Positions 37,992 to 48,011 of a DNA stretch of 54,454 bases are shown in pieces. Under the pieces are notes generated by a model. The model was given only the letters and a program-made list of their open reading frames with translations, did not search any database and had not been told where the DNA came from. Source of the DNA: a virus (Duplodnaviria; Caudoviricetes); IMG/VR virus record IMGVR_UViG_3300031974_003269, positions 1 through 54,454 of that record. The stretch is one strand, 5' to 3'. A program made the translations under genes and the position numbers. Positions within the stretch are counted from its first letter, which is position 1. The number at the start of each line of letters is the position of its first letter.

Positions 37992-38278
37992 GCGACTTAG
38001 TAATATTTGATCAATTAGCTGATATAAAAAAGCTAACCGTAGACGAAGCATTTATACATCTAGAAAAACGGTTTCAAAAAGAACGCGCTCGGTATCTCGC
38101 TCGCATGCTTGATCCAGATACTGACGCCTCAGAAACTATTCAGATCAAAGCAGTAATTAATGCTTTAGAAGCTCTATCGCCTATGGCACTTGCGGAAAAG
38201 ACCCTCAAGATAGAGACCAAAAATCGTAAGGTTAAGCATCCAGAAATGTTCCGTGTTAAGAAACCCGCAACAGGTTGA
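37988..38278 (+). CDS. Hypothetical protein downstream of portal
   Basis: ATGA overlap. Confidence 0.7.
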   Translation: MSDLVIFDQLADIKKLTVDEAFIHLEKRFQKERARYLARMLDPDTDASETIQIKAVINALEALSPMALAEKTLKIETKNRKVKHPEMFRVKKPATG

Positions 38279-38299
38279 TGTATACCTAATGTATAACAA
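38267..38299 (+). promoter_or_regulatory. Late promoter with TGTATAACA box; near-identical copy at 41457-41489
   Basis: 29 of 33 positions identical between the copies. Confidence 0.65.
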
Positions 38300-38315
38300 T
38301 AATTAATTTTTAGCG

Positions 38316-40241
38316 ATGTACCGAGTAACTATAAGTTGGCTATATGAAAATCATGCGGATGTAGAATCGGCACATATTTTTCGGTCTACTGTACACAACT
38401 CAGAAAAAGAGTTTCAGGAAGCATTAAACAACAACGATTTTACCGATTTAACACTTGTTAAATCTTACGACGATTTAACTCAGCTCTCTGACAACAGTAT
38501 TCAAACACATACCGACACTAGTGTAGCCAAGAATACTACTTATTTCTACGCAGTTACCGCGAAAAGCATGTATGGAAAATACAGGCTCGGGGTATACCCA
38601 GGAGTTGATCCTTCAGATACCGAGCTTACTTCGAGTGATCAGCCTGAAAACTCCTCCGTTTACGGTGTAACTATCCCAGATTTTGCGGATGTTCATACTA
38701 CTCTGCCCGTATTTAACATAAGTTCGGAAAGGGTAGATGAAAGTGTGGCAGATAGCGATGTTACTTATATTAAAACAGAGCTTCAAAGCGCTATGGATTG
38801 GTGGTCTTCCGCAGTCACTATCCCCTCCAATGCTACCAGCTTGATGGACAATGGAAAGATATCAATAGAGCTAGTTATTGAAGATCTCGGAGCATCCGCC
38901 GCTCCCGCAACATCTCAAATTTTAGAATACGTCGGCCTGGATGAATTCGGCGATGTTGATTGGGGTACCACATTTACCAAAAGAGCAAGAGTAACTTTTA
39001 ACTCTTACTTTGTGGCAGAAAGTAAGACCCGGCATACAGCTGACCCATCCAAAACAACCCTCATGTACGCACTTGCCCGCCACGAGCTATTCCATTTACT
39101 TGGGATGGGTTCTACTCTTTTTAATGCACCAAACGCTCCTCTAAGCGGGAACACCGATGAAGGGGGCGCTGCAAAATATTTCTTTGTGGGTGAAAATGCT
39201 ATAAGTGCGTATGAAAATAGTTTAGATGCTTCCTTTGCTGGTCAAATACTAGGAATACCTTTAGAAGACAACGGGGGTGCAGGCACAGAAAACATGCACT
39301 TTGAAGCCGGAGAGGCCTATGTTGATTTAGATTCCTTAGTGCGCACGGAAGAAGCTCAAGATAATCCCGAAAGTACGGCCGTTAGCGATAATTACGGAAT
39401 AGCCACCAATCTGATAAACACTGTAAGCGATTACCAAAGATCTAGCAACGATCTAACAAATATGATCTTTAAGTCAGATTACAGTCCAGCAAACAGTAGT
39501 TTTTTCAGCCAGTTAGATTTTTTTGGAGCTTATGTAACACTGTACGGGTACGGCGATTTTACGACCACAGGAGCTGCTAAAGATTACTCCGTATATTTAA
39601 ACAAATATAATAATGAATACCTTAGCAGGGCTAACGGATCTACAAGCTCAGACGAGATATTGAAAAATTACATAATCTACGAGCTTACAAATAATTGGGA
39701 AACTAAGTACCCTGGTTTACCGCTACCTGAGTCTTCAGGAGACTGGTCCGATAGTTCGTCGTCAAGGTATGTCAACATAATGGATCAGCTCGCCTACAAT
39801 AAACGCGGCTTTAAGAGAACTAACGGTTATGGGCATGACTATTCTGACATTAGTTTAAAAAGGGCTAAAAGTATTGCTTCATCAGTATACAGTGGGGAAG
39901 GCACTTTTTGGGGTCACGGATTAACTTGGGGTAATGATGAAAACATAGCAAAATTGGCTATTATAATTTTTAACCTAGTTGTAGAAAGAATCGAGCCGCC
40001 CCTCGACACCCCGTTTTTGTATTATGAGGAAACCCGTAGACATAAGCACTGGGCTGCGGGTGTGCTAATCTATAATTTATTCCAAGATACTTCCGCAGGT
40101 TTGGAAAGCATAGCTTTTATTAAAAGTTTCGGAGGCAAAGAAGCTGACGACCAATTAAGATTCGAAGAAAATCACACGACGCACAAACAAATTTTAAAGA
40201 ATGTTCTTAATAACCCCCGCGCAAGCCTTTCACTATCATGA
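38316..40241 (+). CDS. FN3-like plus leishmanolysin-like (M8) zinc peptidase protein
   Basis: YFYAVTA; RHELFHLLGMG...FVGENA...IPLEDNGGAGT...HFE. Confidence 0.7.
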   Translation: MYRVTISWLYENHADVESAHIFRSTVHNSEKEFQEALNNNDFTDLTLVKSYDDLTQLSDNSIQTHTDTSVAKNTTYFYAVTAKSMYGKYRLGVYPGVDPSDTELTSSDQPENSSVYGVTIPDFADVHTTLPVFNISSERVDESVADSDVTYIKTELQSAMDWWSSAVTIPSNATSLMDNGKISIELVIEDLGASAAPATSQILEYVGLDEFGDVDWGTTFTKRARVTFNSYFVAESKTRHTADPSKTTLMYALARHELFHLLGMGSTLFNAPNAPLSGNTDEGGAAKYFFVGENAISAYENSLDASFAGQILGIPLEDNGGAGTENMHFEAGEAYVDLDSLVRTEEAQDNPESTAVSDNYGIATNLINTVSDYQRSSNDLTNMIFKSDYSPANSSFFSQLDFFGAYVTLYGYGDFTTTGAAKDYSVYLNKYNNEYLSRANGSTSSDEILKNYIIYELTNNWETKYPGLPLPESSGDWSDSSSSRYVNIMDQLAYNKRGFKRTNGYGHDYSDISLKRAKSIASSVYSGEGTFWGHGLTWGNDENIAKLAIIIFNLVVERIEPPLDTPFLYYEETRRHKHWAAGVLIYNLFQDTSAGLESIAFIKSFGGKEADDQLRFEENHTTHKQILKNVLNNPRASLSLS

Positions 40242-41446
40242 TTAAAAATAACGATATAATGAATGCTACGCTCGGGTACATCTCCCGAAATGATCGAGTA
40301 GCGTTTCCTGGGACTGGTTACGAGCTTTTTCACCCTGGCCTGGGTAATGATGTAAGCACGGCATTTGTTAGCGAAGATTTAGTAGTTAGTGATATAGCGC
40401 TTTCATTTTTGAAAGACCAAAATCTTTTAGTAGACGATACCACAGCTGAAGAATTAATAATTAGCACTGATCAGACGCAATCGTCTTCTACAGTAGGAAC
40501 CAGCGGTGGGTCGGGGTCGTATGATGATCCCTACTCAGTAACTAGCAAGCTCACCGCAACACTATCCGTCATAGACTCTGCCGATTTAACTGCTACCATA
40601 GACAGTAATATTTTAGCGGATATAAAATCGGCAGTAGATTACTGGGCAGGTGCAATAGGATTTCCTATGGGCTATAACTATAAAAACTTAGATATCTTTG
40701 TTTTTATCCAAGACAACTTTGCGTATAGAAGCTGCGAAAATAGCAGGCTTAGTTACACGGCTACAATTCCTTCGCTGCAAGGAATCCAAATAAGTATGCT
40801 AACAAGCTTCCCTCATATAATTTCTATATTTTTAGATCGGCAGCTTATTGATTTTTGGACAACTGTGCGCACGGAGACTACTAGAAAAAGAATTGAAGAT
40901 TACAGAGACGGTTCGTATAAGTCTAATTTCTACCATATTATAAGAAAAGAAATTCTTAAAGGATTAGGAATCGGGCCGTATTGGATAAGCAATACTTGCT
41001 TAAAAACTCACACACAAACCAGCAATATAACTTTTACAGACCCCGCGTATTGCTGGACTGGATCTAATGGAGTAGCCGCCTATCAGGCCTACATAAGCAG
41101 CTATAATACCTCCGGCATCCCTTTTGAGTATAGAAGCCGAAAACCGTCAGGCGGCTCTAGCTGCTCTGATAATTGTATAATCTCCGGGCTAGAGGGAGGT
41201 TTTCTTGTAAACGGCGGCGTACATTATGACGGAGTCTCTAAATTTTACGAGAATTCTGCAGTTATAGGAGGGCTGGCAGAAGGAGAAATATCTCAATCAT
41301 CGATTTACATACATGATACGCCTCTCTCAAGAACACACGGATACGCAGTTTCCGGTATTACTTTAGGAGTACTAAAAGACATGGGTTGGGATGTAGACTA
41401 TTCTAAAGCGGAAGAATATAACGGCGTATATCCGTACACTCCCTAG
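40238..41446 (+). CDS. Leishmanolysin-like protein, degenerate active site
   Basis: KEILKGLGIG in place of HExxH; VSGITLGVLKDMGWDVDY C-terminal motif. Confidence 0.6.
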   Translation: MIKNNDIMNATLGYISRNDRVAFPGTGYELFHPGLGNDVSTAFVSEDLVVSDIALSFLKDQNLLVDDTTAEELIISTDQTQSSSTVGTSGGSGSYDDPYSVTSKLTATLSVIDSADLTATIDSNILADIKSAVDYWAGAIGFPMGYNYKNLDIFVFIQDNFAYRSCENSRLSYTATIPSLQGIQISMLTSFPHIISIFLDRQLIDFWTTVRTETTRKRIEDYRDGSYKSNFYHIIRKEILKGLGIGPYWISNTCLKTHTQTSNITFTDPAYCWTGSNGVAAYQAYISSYNTSGIPFEYRSRKPSGGSSCSDNCIISGLEGGFLVNGGVHYDGVSKFYENSAVIGGLAEGEISQSSIYIHDTPLSRTHGYAVSGITLGVLKDMGWDVDYSKAEEYNGVYPYTP

Positions 41447-41504
41447 CATAGCTCCAGCAACCGGTTGATGTATATATAATGTATGACAAACTGATATTCA
41501 AATC

Positions 41505-41816
41505 ATGGCAGATATAAAATTAGATTGGTTAAGTCCGCTTGATGTGGATAACATTGAAGAACTAAGGGTATTTAGACACTACAATGTAAATCCCGCAGAG
41601 ACGGAGGGAAATGTTCCTAGCGCAACAGCAAGCACTTTTGCTGAGGATACTAGCGCTGTTCAAGTGACTGCTAAACAAGGTGAGGCTCTACTTAACAGCA
41701 GAGCACCGGACACATATACGGACACTGTTAGTGATACAGGCACTTATTATTACGGCGTATTCTCCTGGAATTCAGCAGGCTACGGCCCAGGTTCAATAGT
41801 TAAAATAGAGGTTTAA
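41505..41816 (+). CDS. FN3-like virion protein
   Basis: LDW...VFR...YTDT...TYYYGVFSWN. Confidence 0.6.
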   Translation: MADIKLDWLSPLDVDNIEELRVFRHYNVNPAETEGNVPSATASTFAEDTSAVQVTAKQGEALLNSRAPDTYTDTVSDTGTYYYGVFSWNSAGYGPGSIVKIEV

Positions 41817-41819
41817 AAA

Positions 41820-42179
41820 ATGAGCGTTCGCATATCATGGAGTCCATACTCGTCACCACCTAGTGATGTCACTGAAGTTGTAGTAGTTAGATCTACAAGT
41901 TTGACTAATGAAGCAGCTTTCGAGAATGAATTAAATGCTAATGGCAGGCAATCAACGGCACTTGACTTTATCACTACCGATCAGCAAATCATTGGTTCTA
42001 ATATAACAGTAACGTCTAGCGTAGTAGACTATGACAATCTTGCTGCAGATCAATACTACTACTGCATAGCAGCAAAAAATGATGTAGGTTATACGGTCGG
42101 CGCAAACGGTGCGCAGAGTGTGGTACCCTCACCTAGCGGGGCTATTGAAGGAGGCGTAGCACGCATTGATATTTCTTAA
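41820..42179 (+). CDS. FN3-like virion protein
   Basis: ISW...VVRS...YYYCIAAKNDVG. Confidence 0.6.
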   Translation: MSVRISWSPYSSPPSDVTEVVVVRSTSLTNEAAFENELNANGRQSTALDFITTDQQIIGSNITVTSSVVDYDNLAADQYYYCIAAKNDVGYTVGANGAQSVVPSPSGAIEGGVARIDIS

Positions 42180-42220
42180 TTAACGGAGCTCCAAAGTTTT
42201 TCAATAAGGAGTATGAAACT

Positions 42221-42505
42221 ATGGGAGACATAAAAATATTTAATGCGGCAGGTGGAGAAGATCCCCCCACTACTGTGACTCCCACACCAGGTACATCTGT
42301 TGGTAAAGTTCAGGATCTTTTTGTTAGTAATGAACGATTAGAAGAAGTTCTTGAGCAAATAGAAATTTTAAAAAATCAAGCAGACTCTAACACCCAAGAG
42401 ATACAGGATGTAACTCAAGACGCCCCCGAAACTTTAGATACTTTCAAGGAAGTGTCTGACAACATGAATGTGGACGACTTTATAGCCGGCCTAAACAGCG
42501 ACTAA
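42221..42505 (+). CDS. Fibre-associated protein
   Basis: APETLDTFKEV motif common in phage tail fibres. Confidence 0.6.
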   Translation: MGDIKIFNAAGGEDPPTTVTPTPGTSVGKVQDLFVSNERLEEVLEQIEILKNQADSNTQEIQDVTQDAPETLDTFKEVSDNMNVDDFIAGLNSD

Positions 42506-42520
42506 AATGCACCTAAGATC

Positions 42521-42721
42521 ATGGCCAACACAGAGTCTGTACTATATAAGATAGGGCAAGCTGTTAGTGATGCCACAGTCAAGGTTGTAAACAGTGAAAG
42601 CGAACTGCCAAGCACCGCAAAAGATGGAACCCTGGCAATTATCTCCGCAAACCCGCCATACATGGCTTATAGAGCCAACTCGAATTGGTATGCTATGAGC
42701 CCGGGCACACTAATCACTTAA
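42521..42721 (+). CDS. Small virion protein
   Basis: N-terminus resembles that of 42911-44116. Confidence 0.6.
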   Translation: MANTESVLYKIGQAVSDATVKVVNSESELPSTAKDGTLAIISANPPYMAYRANSNWYAMSPGTLIT

Positions 42722-42910
42722 GTAAAGCCCTGAAAAGCACTGCATTTCAAGTAGTGTAAAAAAGTGATAAAATTCTAATATTTTATAAATATTAGGTAAA
42801 ATATTTAGGGGGCAACTGGTTTTCATGAGGGTGTCCCTGTGGTTATATTTAGCATAGGTAAGCGTATTCTCGCTTATTTTGCATAACCTAAACCCAAATT
42901 ATTACTTATT

Positions 42911-44116
42911 ATGGCAAACGAACAATCAATCTTTTATCAACTCGGTGCGGCTGTTAAAGCTCAAATCGCCTCCGCTAATGGCGCTTCCACAGCTGTTCAA
43001 GAAGAACTAAACACCACTCAAGCTGGTGCTGGTCTTTCCGAAACCGGTGCTTATGTAGCTGAAACTGACTCTAACTACATCAATGCTGCTGCTACTCTTA
43101 AAGCTGCTGACAAATTGTTGGACGCTCAGCTTAAATCTGCTAACGAGGCTATAGATACTAAAGCATCTCAAACAGATCTTAATACTACTAACAGCAGTCT
43201 TTCTACCGCTGAAAGTAATATTACCTCCCTTCAAAGCGACAAAGCTAATCTCTCCGGTGCTGCTTTCACTGGTGATGTTAGCGGAACTAACCTTACTCTT
43301 AGCGGAAATCTTATAGTTAACGGTGAAACTACCCAAACCAAGATCACTGAACAAAATCTTGACATCAAGGACAACTTCATCGGTTTGAACCGTGGAGCTT
43401 CTGTTGCTGCTAACAATGCTAAGGACATCGGATTGTACTTCGAGCGTGGTTCTTCTGAATCTGCTGGTGCTATCGTATTTGACGAAACTAACGACAAATT
43501 CGTTGTTGGATTCTTAGAAGGCGGAGTTGTCCAACTTTTAGACCTATATTGGGGGTCAGGCATGGACGGGCTAGAGGCCACTGTGGTTGACACTTACTTG
43601 TCACTTGAAATAGATGATGCAACAAAAGCTGTTTTGAATAATGTAGTTGAGGTTCTCCGAGTAAATGATAATTGGGGAAATTCAAACGATTACATGGGCA
43701 ACGCTGTAACCGGCGATACCATTAGTATGGTCATCTCTAGTGATGGATTTAGCCTTTATTTTACGGTTGGTGCTGGAGTTAACTTATTGGACCTTAGTTC
43801 AACCACAATTACTCTTGTTCATCAAGACACCATCAGTTACCCAAATCCATTCCCTGTTTCGCTCTCTTCGATTAGTTTTGAAGACGCTAACAATCCTGGT
43901 TCTGAGTACGAGCATGTTTCTACGTCCATAGGTTCAGGAGACTTGTCCACGGAGCCGAGTGCTACCTTATCATTCTCCACTTCTGGATCAGCAGCGACTG
44001 GATCTGATGCAGCGACCGCATCTGCTACTGCTGCTCCTTTGAAAGTTGGATCTCTTGAGATCGGAGCTACCGTTCTTGGTGATCTTACCGACTTCAATGC
44101 TGGTTTAGCAGGCTAA
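42911..44116 (+). CDS. Fibre/whisker-like structural protein
   Basis: Coiled coil, FTGDV...LSGNL.V.G, D.GL..ERG...FDET.DKF fibre motifs. Confidence 0.7.
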   Translation: MANEQSIFYQLGAAVKAQIASANGASTAVQEELNTTQAGAGLSETGAYVAETDSNYINAAATLKAADKLLDAQLKSANEAIDTKASQTDLNTTNSSLSTAESNITSLQSDKANLSGAAFTGDVSGTNLTLSGNLIVNGETTQTKITEQNLDIKDNFIGLNRGASVAANNAKDIGLYFERGSSESAGAIVFDETNDKFVVGFLEGGVVQLLDLYWGSGMDGLEATVVDTYLSLEIDDATKAVLNNVVEVLRVNDNWGNSNDYMGNAVTGDTISMVISSDGFSLYFTVGAGVNLLDLSSTTITLVHQDTISYPNPFPVSLSSISFEDANNPGSEYEHVSTSIGSGDLSTEPSATLSFSTSGSAATGSDAATASATAAPLKVGSLEIGATVLGDLTDFNAGLAG

Positions 44117-44159
44117 GAGTTAGTACCGAGTACATAACTTAACTACTCATGATTTAAAC

Positions 44160-44193
44160 GGGGGCCGGAGGCAATGTCTTCCGGCCCCTTTTT
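44160..44193 (+). terminator. Intrinsic terminator
   Basis: GGGGCCGGA...TCCGGCCCC plus T tract. Confidence 0.85.
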
Positions 44194-44198
44194 AATCT

Positions 44199-44630
44199 AT
44201 GCATATTCGTTTCACTTTATTTGTTATCCTGGCGATATTCGTAATTTCATGCCTTGCATCTTGTAGTATGAAAACATTCGCCCCGACGGCTCTGGGAGCT
44301 GTTGGTGGTGGAGTAGGAGCAATCGGAGGACCGGGAACAGCATTTGCTGGAGCCGCTGCCGGAGCTGCCGCCGGACAAATAATTAAAGAGAGCGATAAAG
44401 TAGAAGCACAAGCAGAGAAAATAAAAGCTCTTAGTGAGGGTGATATTTCTAAGCTTGTAGAATTAAAACTAAAAGAAGAACGCGGGTGGTTCGAGAAGAC
44501 GATAGATGGGGTGTATCAGATCCTCATGATCTCCGCACTCGGAATGGGACTCTACGCGGTATTCAATTTCTGGCACGGGCGGAAGCTCGCGCAAAAAATA
44601 AACACAAACGCACACAAATTTTTTCAGTAA
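44199..44630 (+). CDS. Membrane lipoprotein with glycine zipper (possible lysis accessory)
   Basis: Signal-like N-terminus with LASC, GxxxG repeats, C-terminal TM helix. Confidence 0.6.
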   Translation: MHIRFTLFVILAIFVISCLASCSMKTFAPTALGAVGGGVGAIGGPGTAFAGAAAGAAAGQIIKESDKVEAQAEKIKALSEGDISKLVELKLKEERGWFEKTIDGVYQILMISALGMGLYAVFNFWHGRKLAQKINTNAHKFFQ

Positions 44631-44785
44631 TGACAGACAACGCAGCAATAGTGGGATGGACTGGTACTTTCGCTACCTTTTCGATAGGGCAATGGAACGA
44701 GGCAATCGCTTGCGTATGCGGTGTAGTTACTACGATATACATGGTTACTAAACTAATAAAAACTCTTAAGCATAAGGATAAATAA
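44630..44785 (+). CDS. Small holin-like membrane protein
   Basis: Hydrophobic segments plus basic C-terminus, 51 aa. Confidence 0.5.
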   Translation: MTDNAAIVGWTGTFATFSIGQWNEAIACVCGVVTTIYMVTKLIKTLKHKDK

Positions 44786-44787
44786 CC

Positions 44788-44925
44788 ATGGCCGAATTTA
44801 AACACTGCGACGGATGCCCAGAAAATAAAAAGAAGCTTTGTGCTAAGTTCAGAACTTGCTTGGCAGAAGATTCCAAAAAGAAAAAAGGCGATAAGAAACC
44901 CGTCAAAAATGGTACTTATGGGTGA
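44788..44925 (+). CDS. Small Cys/Lys-rich protein
   Basis: Manual translation MAEFKHCDGCPENKKKLCAKFRTC... Confidence 0.55.
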   Translation: MAEFKHCDGCPENKKKLCAKFRTCLAEDSKKKKGDKKPVKNGTYG

Positions 44926-44929
44926 TTCC

Positions 44930-44965
44930 CAACCGGTTACATTTTTGTGACCCAAAGTATATCTT
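44930..44965 (+). promoter_or_regulatory. Late promoter, probably leaderless (CAACCGG-TTACAT-17-TATCTT)
   Basis: ATG follows the -10 by 6 nt. Confidence 0.65.
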
Positions 44966-44971
44966 CGCGGT

Positions 44972-46042
44972 ATGGAAACATCTATCGCGGAGGTTGAATC
45001 CCCGCAAACTACAGAGGAACAGTTCAGCATTGAGAATGCGTCCACGGACGATCTTCGCAATGCATTAGGTATAACGCCAGAGACTCACGACCATGAGCCA
45101 GTAGCCGAGGAGCAGATCCCGGAGACACAGGAAGAAGGTCTTGAGCCGCAAGCCGAGAGTCAAGAGCCGGAGGCAGAGGTATCATTAGACGCCCTTGAAT
45201 CCGAGACTGACGAGGATGAGGAAGAGAAGCTTGGAAAACGTAGGATTCGTCCTCGTAACGAGCTAGATCAGCAAGTCATAGACTTGTACCGATCCGAAGG
45301 CTTTAATGGTTCGTTTGCTGATGCATCGAGAATAATCTACGGACAAAATGCAGAACCTACTCCCCAATCTATTTCGCCCAATCAGGAGCAAGTCGAGGCG
45401 TCCGAGCCCGACCCAATCAGTGGCATAGATAAACAAGCTGATGACATCCGTGCATCTATCCTTGAGCTTGAAGGAAAAGTAGAACAAGCAGCAGAAGATC
45501 TTGAGACCACCGAAGCACTTAGGCTTCAGCGTGAGATCATGAAACAAGAACTTCAGTTGCAAAATCTCACACTCCGTAAACAGCAAATAGAGCAGGAAAG
45601 AGAGCAGCAAGTTTATCAATCCCATCGCAGTAAAGCGATGGAAAGCCGTGATCGAGTTTACGAAAGATTTCCCGCATTGCAGGATAAACAATCAGTCTAT
45701 CGCAAGCAGTTCGATGATTTCGTATCGCAGGCTCAAACGGATCCCGACTACGCCGCAGTATTCGAGTCACCACGTTGGCCCGAGCTTATTGCAAGTGAGT
45801 TTGCCGCATTGAATCCAATGCAACAGGCTCCAGCCGAGCAGGCTCAAGCTGCTCCGCAGGCTCCACAACAAACTGCACCGCAATTAGGCACGCAAGCCAA
45901 GGTATTGACCACGGGGACTACGGCACAACCTGTAAACACACCCGCTACTCGCGAGGGCTTGCTTCAACAGCTTCCGAATATGGACACTAAAGATATTTAC
46001 GCATTACTCGGAGCGCCTGGAGGATCGCAACCTTTGAGATAG
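44972..46042 (+). CDS. Capsid scaffolding protein
   Basis: Acidic, coiled-coil, directly upstream of capsid gene. Confidence 0.75.
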   Translation: METSIAEVESPQTTEEQFSIENASTDDLRNALGITPETHDHEPVAEEQIPETQEEGLEPQAESQEPEAEVSLDALESETDEDEEEKLGKRRIRPRNELDQQVIDLYRSEGFNGSFADASRIIYGQNAEPTPQSISPNQEQVEASEPDPISGIDKQADDIRASILELEGKVEQAAEDLETTEALRLQREIMKQELQLQNLTLRKQQIEQEREQQVYQSHRSKAMESRDRVYERFPALQDKQSVYRKQFDDFVSQAQTDPDYAAVFESPRWPELIASEFAALNPMQQAPAEQAQAAPQAPQQTAPQLGTQAKVLTTGTTAQPVNTPATREGLLQQLPNMDTKDIYALLGAPGGSQPLR

Positions 46043-46075
46043 TGGGACTAATAAAACCCTTAATATCTTAATAAA

Positions 46076-47587
46076 ATGGCATCAAAAAACTTACCATCAA
46101 CCAACAGCGCTGCCGGACTTACCGGTACTAATGTTGATTTAATCTCAAACACAACTTCATATGCTGAGCTTATTAAAGGCCAGCCCAACTCTGATTTGCG
46201 CTCACGCCTTTGGTCCGAGCTCGTATCTCGCGATGCTCGGGAAAAAAACGTGTTCGCAAAATTCATCGGAGGAGAAGGTAGTGGAAAACCAATCACCGAA
46301 AAGCGTGACCTCTCCGCTGGCGGAAGCGACAAAGTAACCTTTACTACTGTTGCTCCTATTCGTGGACAAGGTGTACGCGGGGAAGAAATTCTCAAGAACA
46401 CTACAGATACACTCGACTTCGGAACTTTCTCCGTTGAGATCGATCTCGTTCGTCATGCTGTCTCCTGGACTCAAGTTCTCAAGCTGATGAGATTCACCGG
46501 CAAAACCATCGACCAGCTTTCTGCTGAGGTTATGTCCGAGTGGATGTCCCGCACTGAGCAAGACCAAATCCAGTACGCATTGCGTCAGAGCTGCATCAAT
46601 AACACCGACACCAACTTCTTGCGTGCTAAGAGCGACTTCACAATGGCTGAAGGTGGTCTTAGTATTGATCTAATCCAAGAAGCTAAACAAGCTCTTATCG
46701 CACAAGGCGGTGAGCCAATGAACATGGGTGGAGACGAAAACCAAGAAATTCCTGGTTACTTGTTCTTCGGCCCAGACGCATGTTTGCGCGCTCTTCGTTC
46801 CGATACTGAGTATCTTGAAGCAATTCAATACGCTGACTCCCGTGGAAACGACAACAAGTTGTTCTCCGGTTCGTATGCAAAATGGGACAACAACATCATT
46901 GCTAATCACAATGTTATGATTGACACCGCTCGCGGTCGTCAAGGTTCCCCACTTCTGCCTACCTACTATCACTTCGACTCCGCCGCAATCGTCCCTGCTG
47001 CTGCTGCAAATGCAGCGCAGGGTGTTACCGTTGGTGACTTCGTGATTGGAGCTTACGGATCTATGGATGACTGGACTGCAAACTTCCGCGGTGCAGGAAT
47101 TAGAATTCCTGGTGGAGCAGGAGCAGAGTACGCAGAAGATGCTGATGACAGCACTTTCTACGTTCTTGGTATTACTCCTAGCGGAGCGCACCGTTTGTTC
47201 AGCTACCAAGCTTCTAAAGCAAGCACAAGTCGCATCGTATTAACCCCTGTAGCTGATGCCAGCCAGCCCTCAAGCGCGACTAAAACACTCGCTTCCTTCC
47301 CACAAGGTTCCTTGTTTGTACAAGCTAATTCTGCTGGTACTCCTATCGGATATGTCCTTGCTATGGGTAAAGACGCGATGTACTACGCAAAAGGAAAAAT
47401 CTATGGTGAGCAAATCTTCCACTATGACGACTTCGCGAACTCCGGCAACGAAGCTCACTTGAGCGCTGTTGGTGTTCAGTCCGTCTACGGTATGGCTGTT
47501 CGTCAAGACACTCGCGGTCGTGTTCCTGCGGTTCAACTTCTTGAAGTTGCACGTCAGGTTCCTGGCTTAGCTTTGACCCAGTCATAA
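46076..47587 (+). CDS. Major capsid protein (N4 gp56/DUF4043-like)
   Basis: DLS...DKVTF...G.GV.GE..L...IDLVRHAV; biased codon usage; followed by terminator. Confidence 0.85.
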   Translation: MASKNLPSTNSAAGLTGTNVDLISNTTSYAELIKGQPNSDLRSRLWSELVSRDAREKNVFAKFIGGEGSGKPITEKRDLSAGGSDKVTFTTVAPIRGQGVRGEEILKNTTDTLDFGTFSVEIDLVRHAVSWTQVLKLMRFTGKTIDQLSAEVMSEWMSRTEQDQIQYALRQSCINNTDTNFLRAKSDFTMAEGGLSIDLIQEAKQALIAQGGEPMNMGGDENQEIPGYLFFGPDACLRALRSDTEYLEAIQYADSRGNDNKLFSGSYAKWDNNIIANHNVMIDTARGRQGSPLLPTYYHFDSAAIVPAAAANAAQGVTVGDFVIGAYGSMDDWTANFRGAGIRIPGGAGAEYAEDADDSTFYVLGITPSGAHRLFSYQASKASTSRIVLTPVADASQPSSATKTLASFPQGSLFVQANSAGTPIGYVLAMGKDAMYYAKGKIYGEQIFHYDDFANSGNEAHLSAVGVQSVYGMAVRQDTRGRVPAVQLLEVARQVPGLALTQS

Positions 47588-47630
47588 GGTTTATGCCTAA
47601 CAGGATTTTCTTAATCCAACCCTAAAACTC

Positions 47631-47667
47631 AGCCCCTCGTCCTGCTTATTGGGCGAGGGGCTTTTTT
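47631..47667 (+). terminator. Intrinsic terminator
   Basis: AGCCCCTCG...CGAGGGGCT plus T tract. Confidence 0.85.
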
Positions 47668-47675
47668 ATTAAATC

Positions 47676-48002
47676 ATGAAAATAGTTATACTCAGAAAAA
47701 GTAATCAATTAGGAGCCACGGCAAATATTATCGTAAAAGGTATGAGTCAGATACGATATAATTTTGTGTGGGATAGACAGCTCGGCAGCTATGCCTATGA
47801 GCCTCGGAATCAAAAGGAAGCTGATGATATCTTTTTAACTCAAGGGAAAATCTATCGGCATATGTTCTTCGGGATTGTTATGGATAAGCCATACCCTGAA
47901 GAAAAAATCGATAAGCGTGCTAGCGTGAAAAAAGCTTTGGAGGCTAAAAAGAAAAAGAAGCCTGCAAAGCAACCGGTAGATAAAGAAGTACTGGACGCAT
48001 AA
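47676..48002 (+). CDS. Hypothetical protein
   Basis: ORF after capsid terminator. Confidence 0.65.
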   Translation: MKIVILRKSNQLGATANIIVKGMSQIRYNFVWDRQLGSYAYEPRNQKEADDIFLTQGKIYRHMFFGIVMDKPYPEEKIDKRASVKKALEAKKKKKPAKQPVDKEVLDA

Positions 48003-48005
48003 TAT
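47970..48005 (+). promoter_or_regulatory. Late promoter, probably leaderless (CAACCGG-TAGATA-17-TAATAT)
   Basis: ATG follows the -10 by 6 nt. Confidence 0.65.
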
Positions 48006-48011
48006 TTCTAG

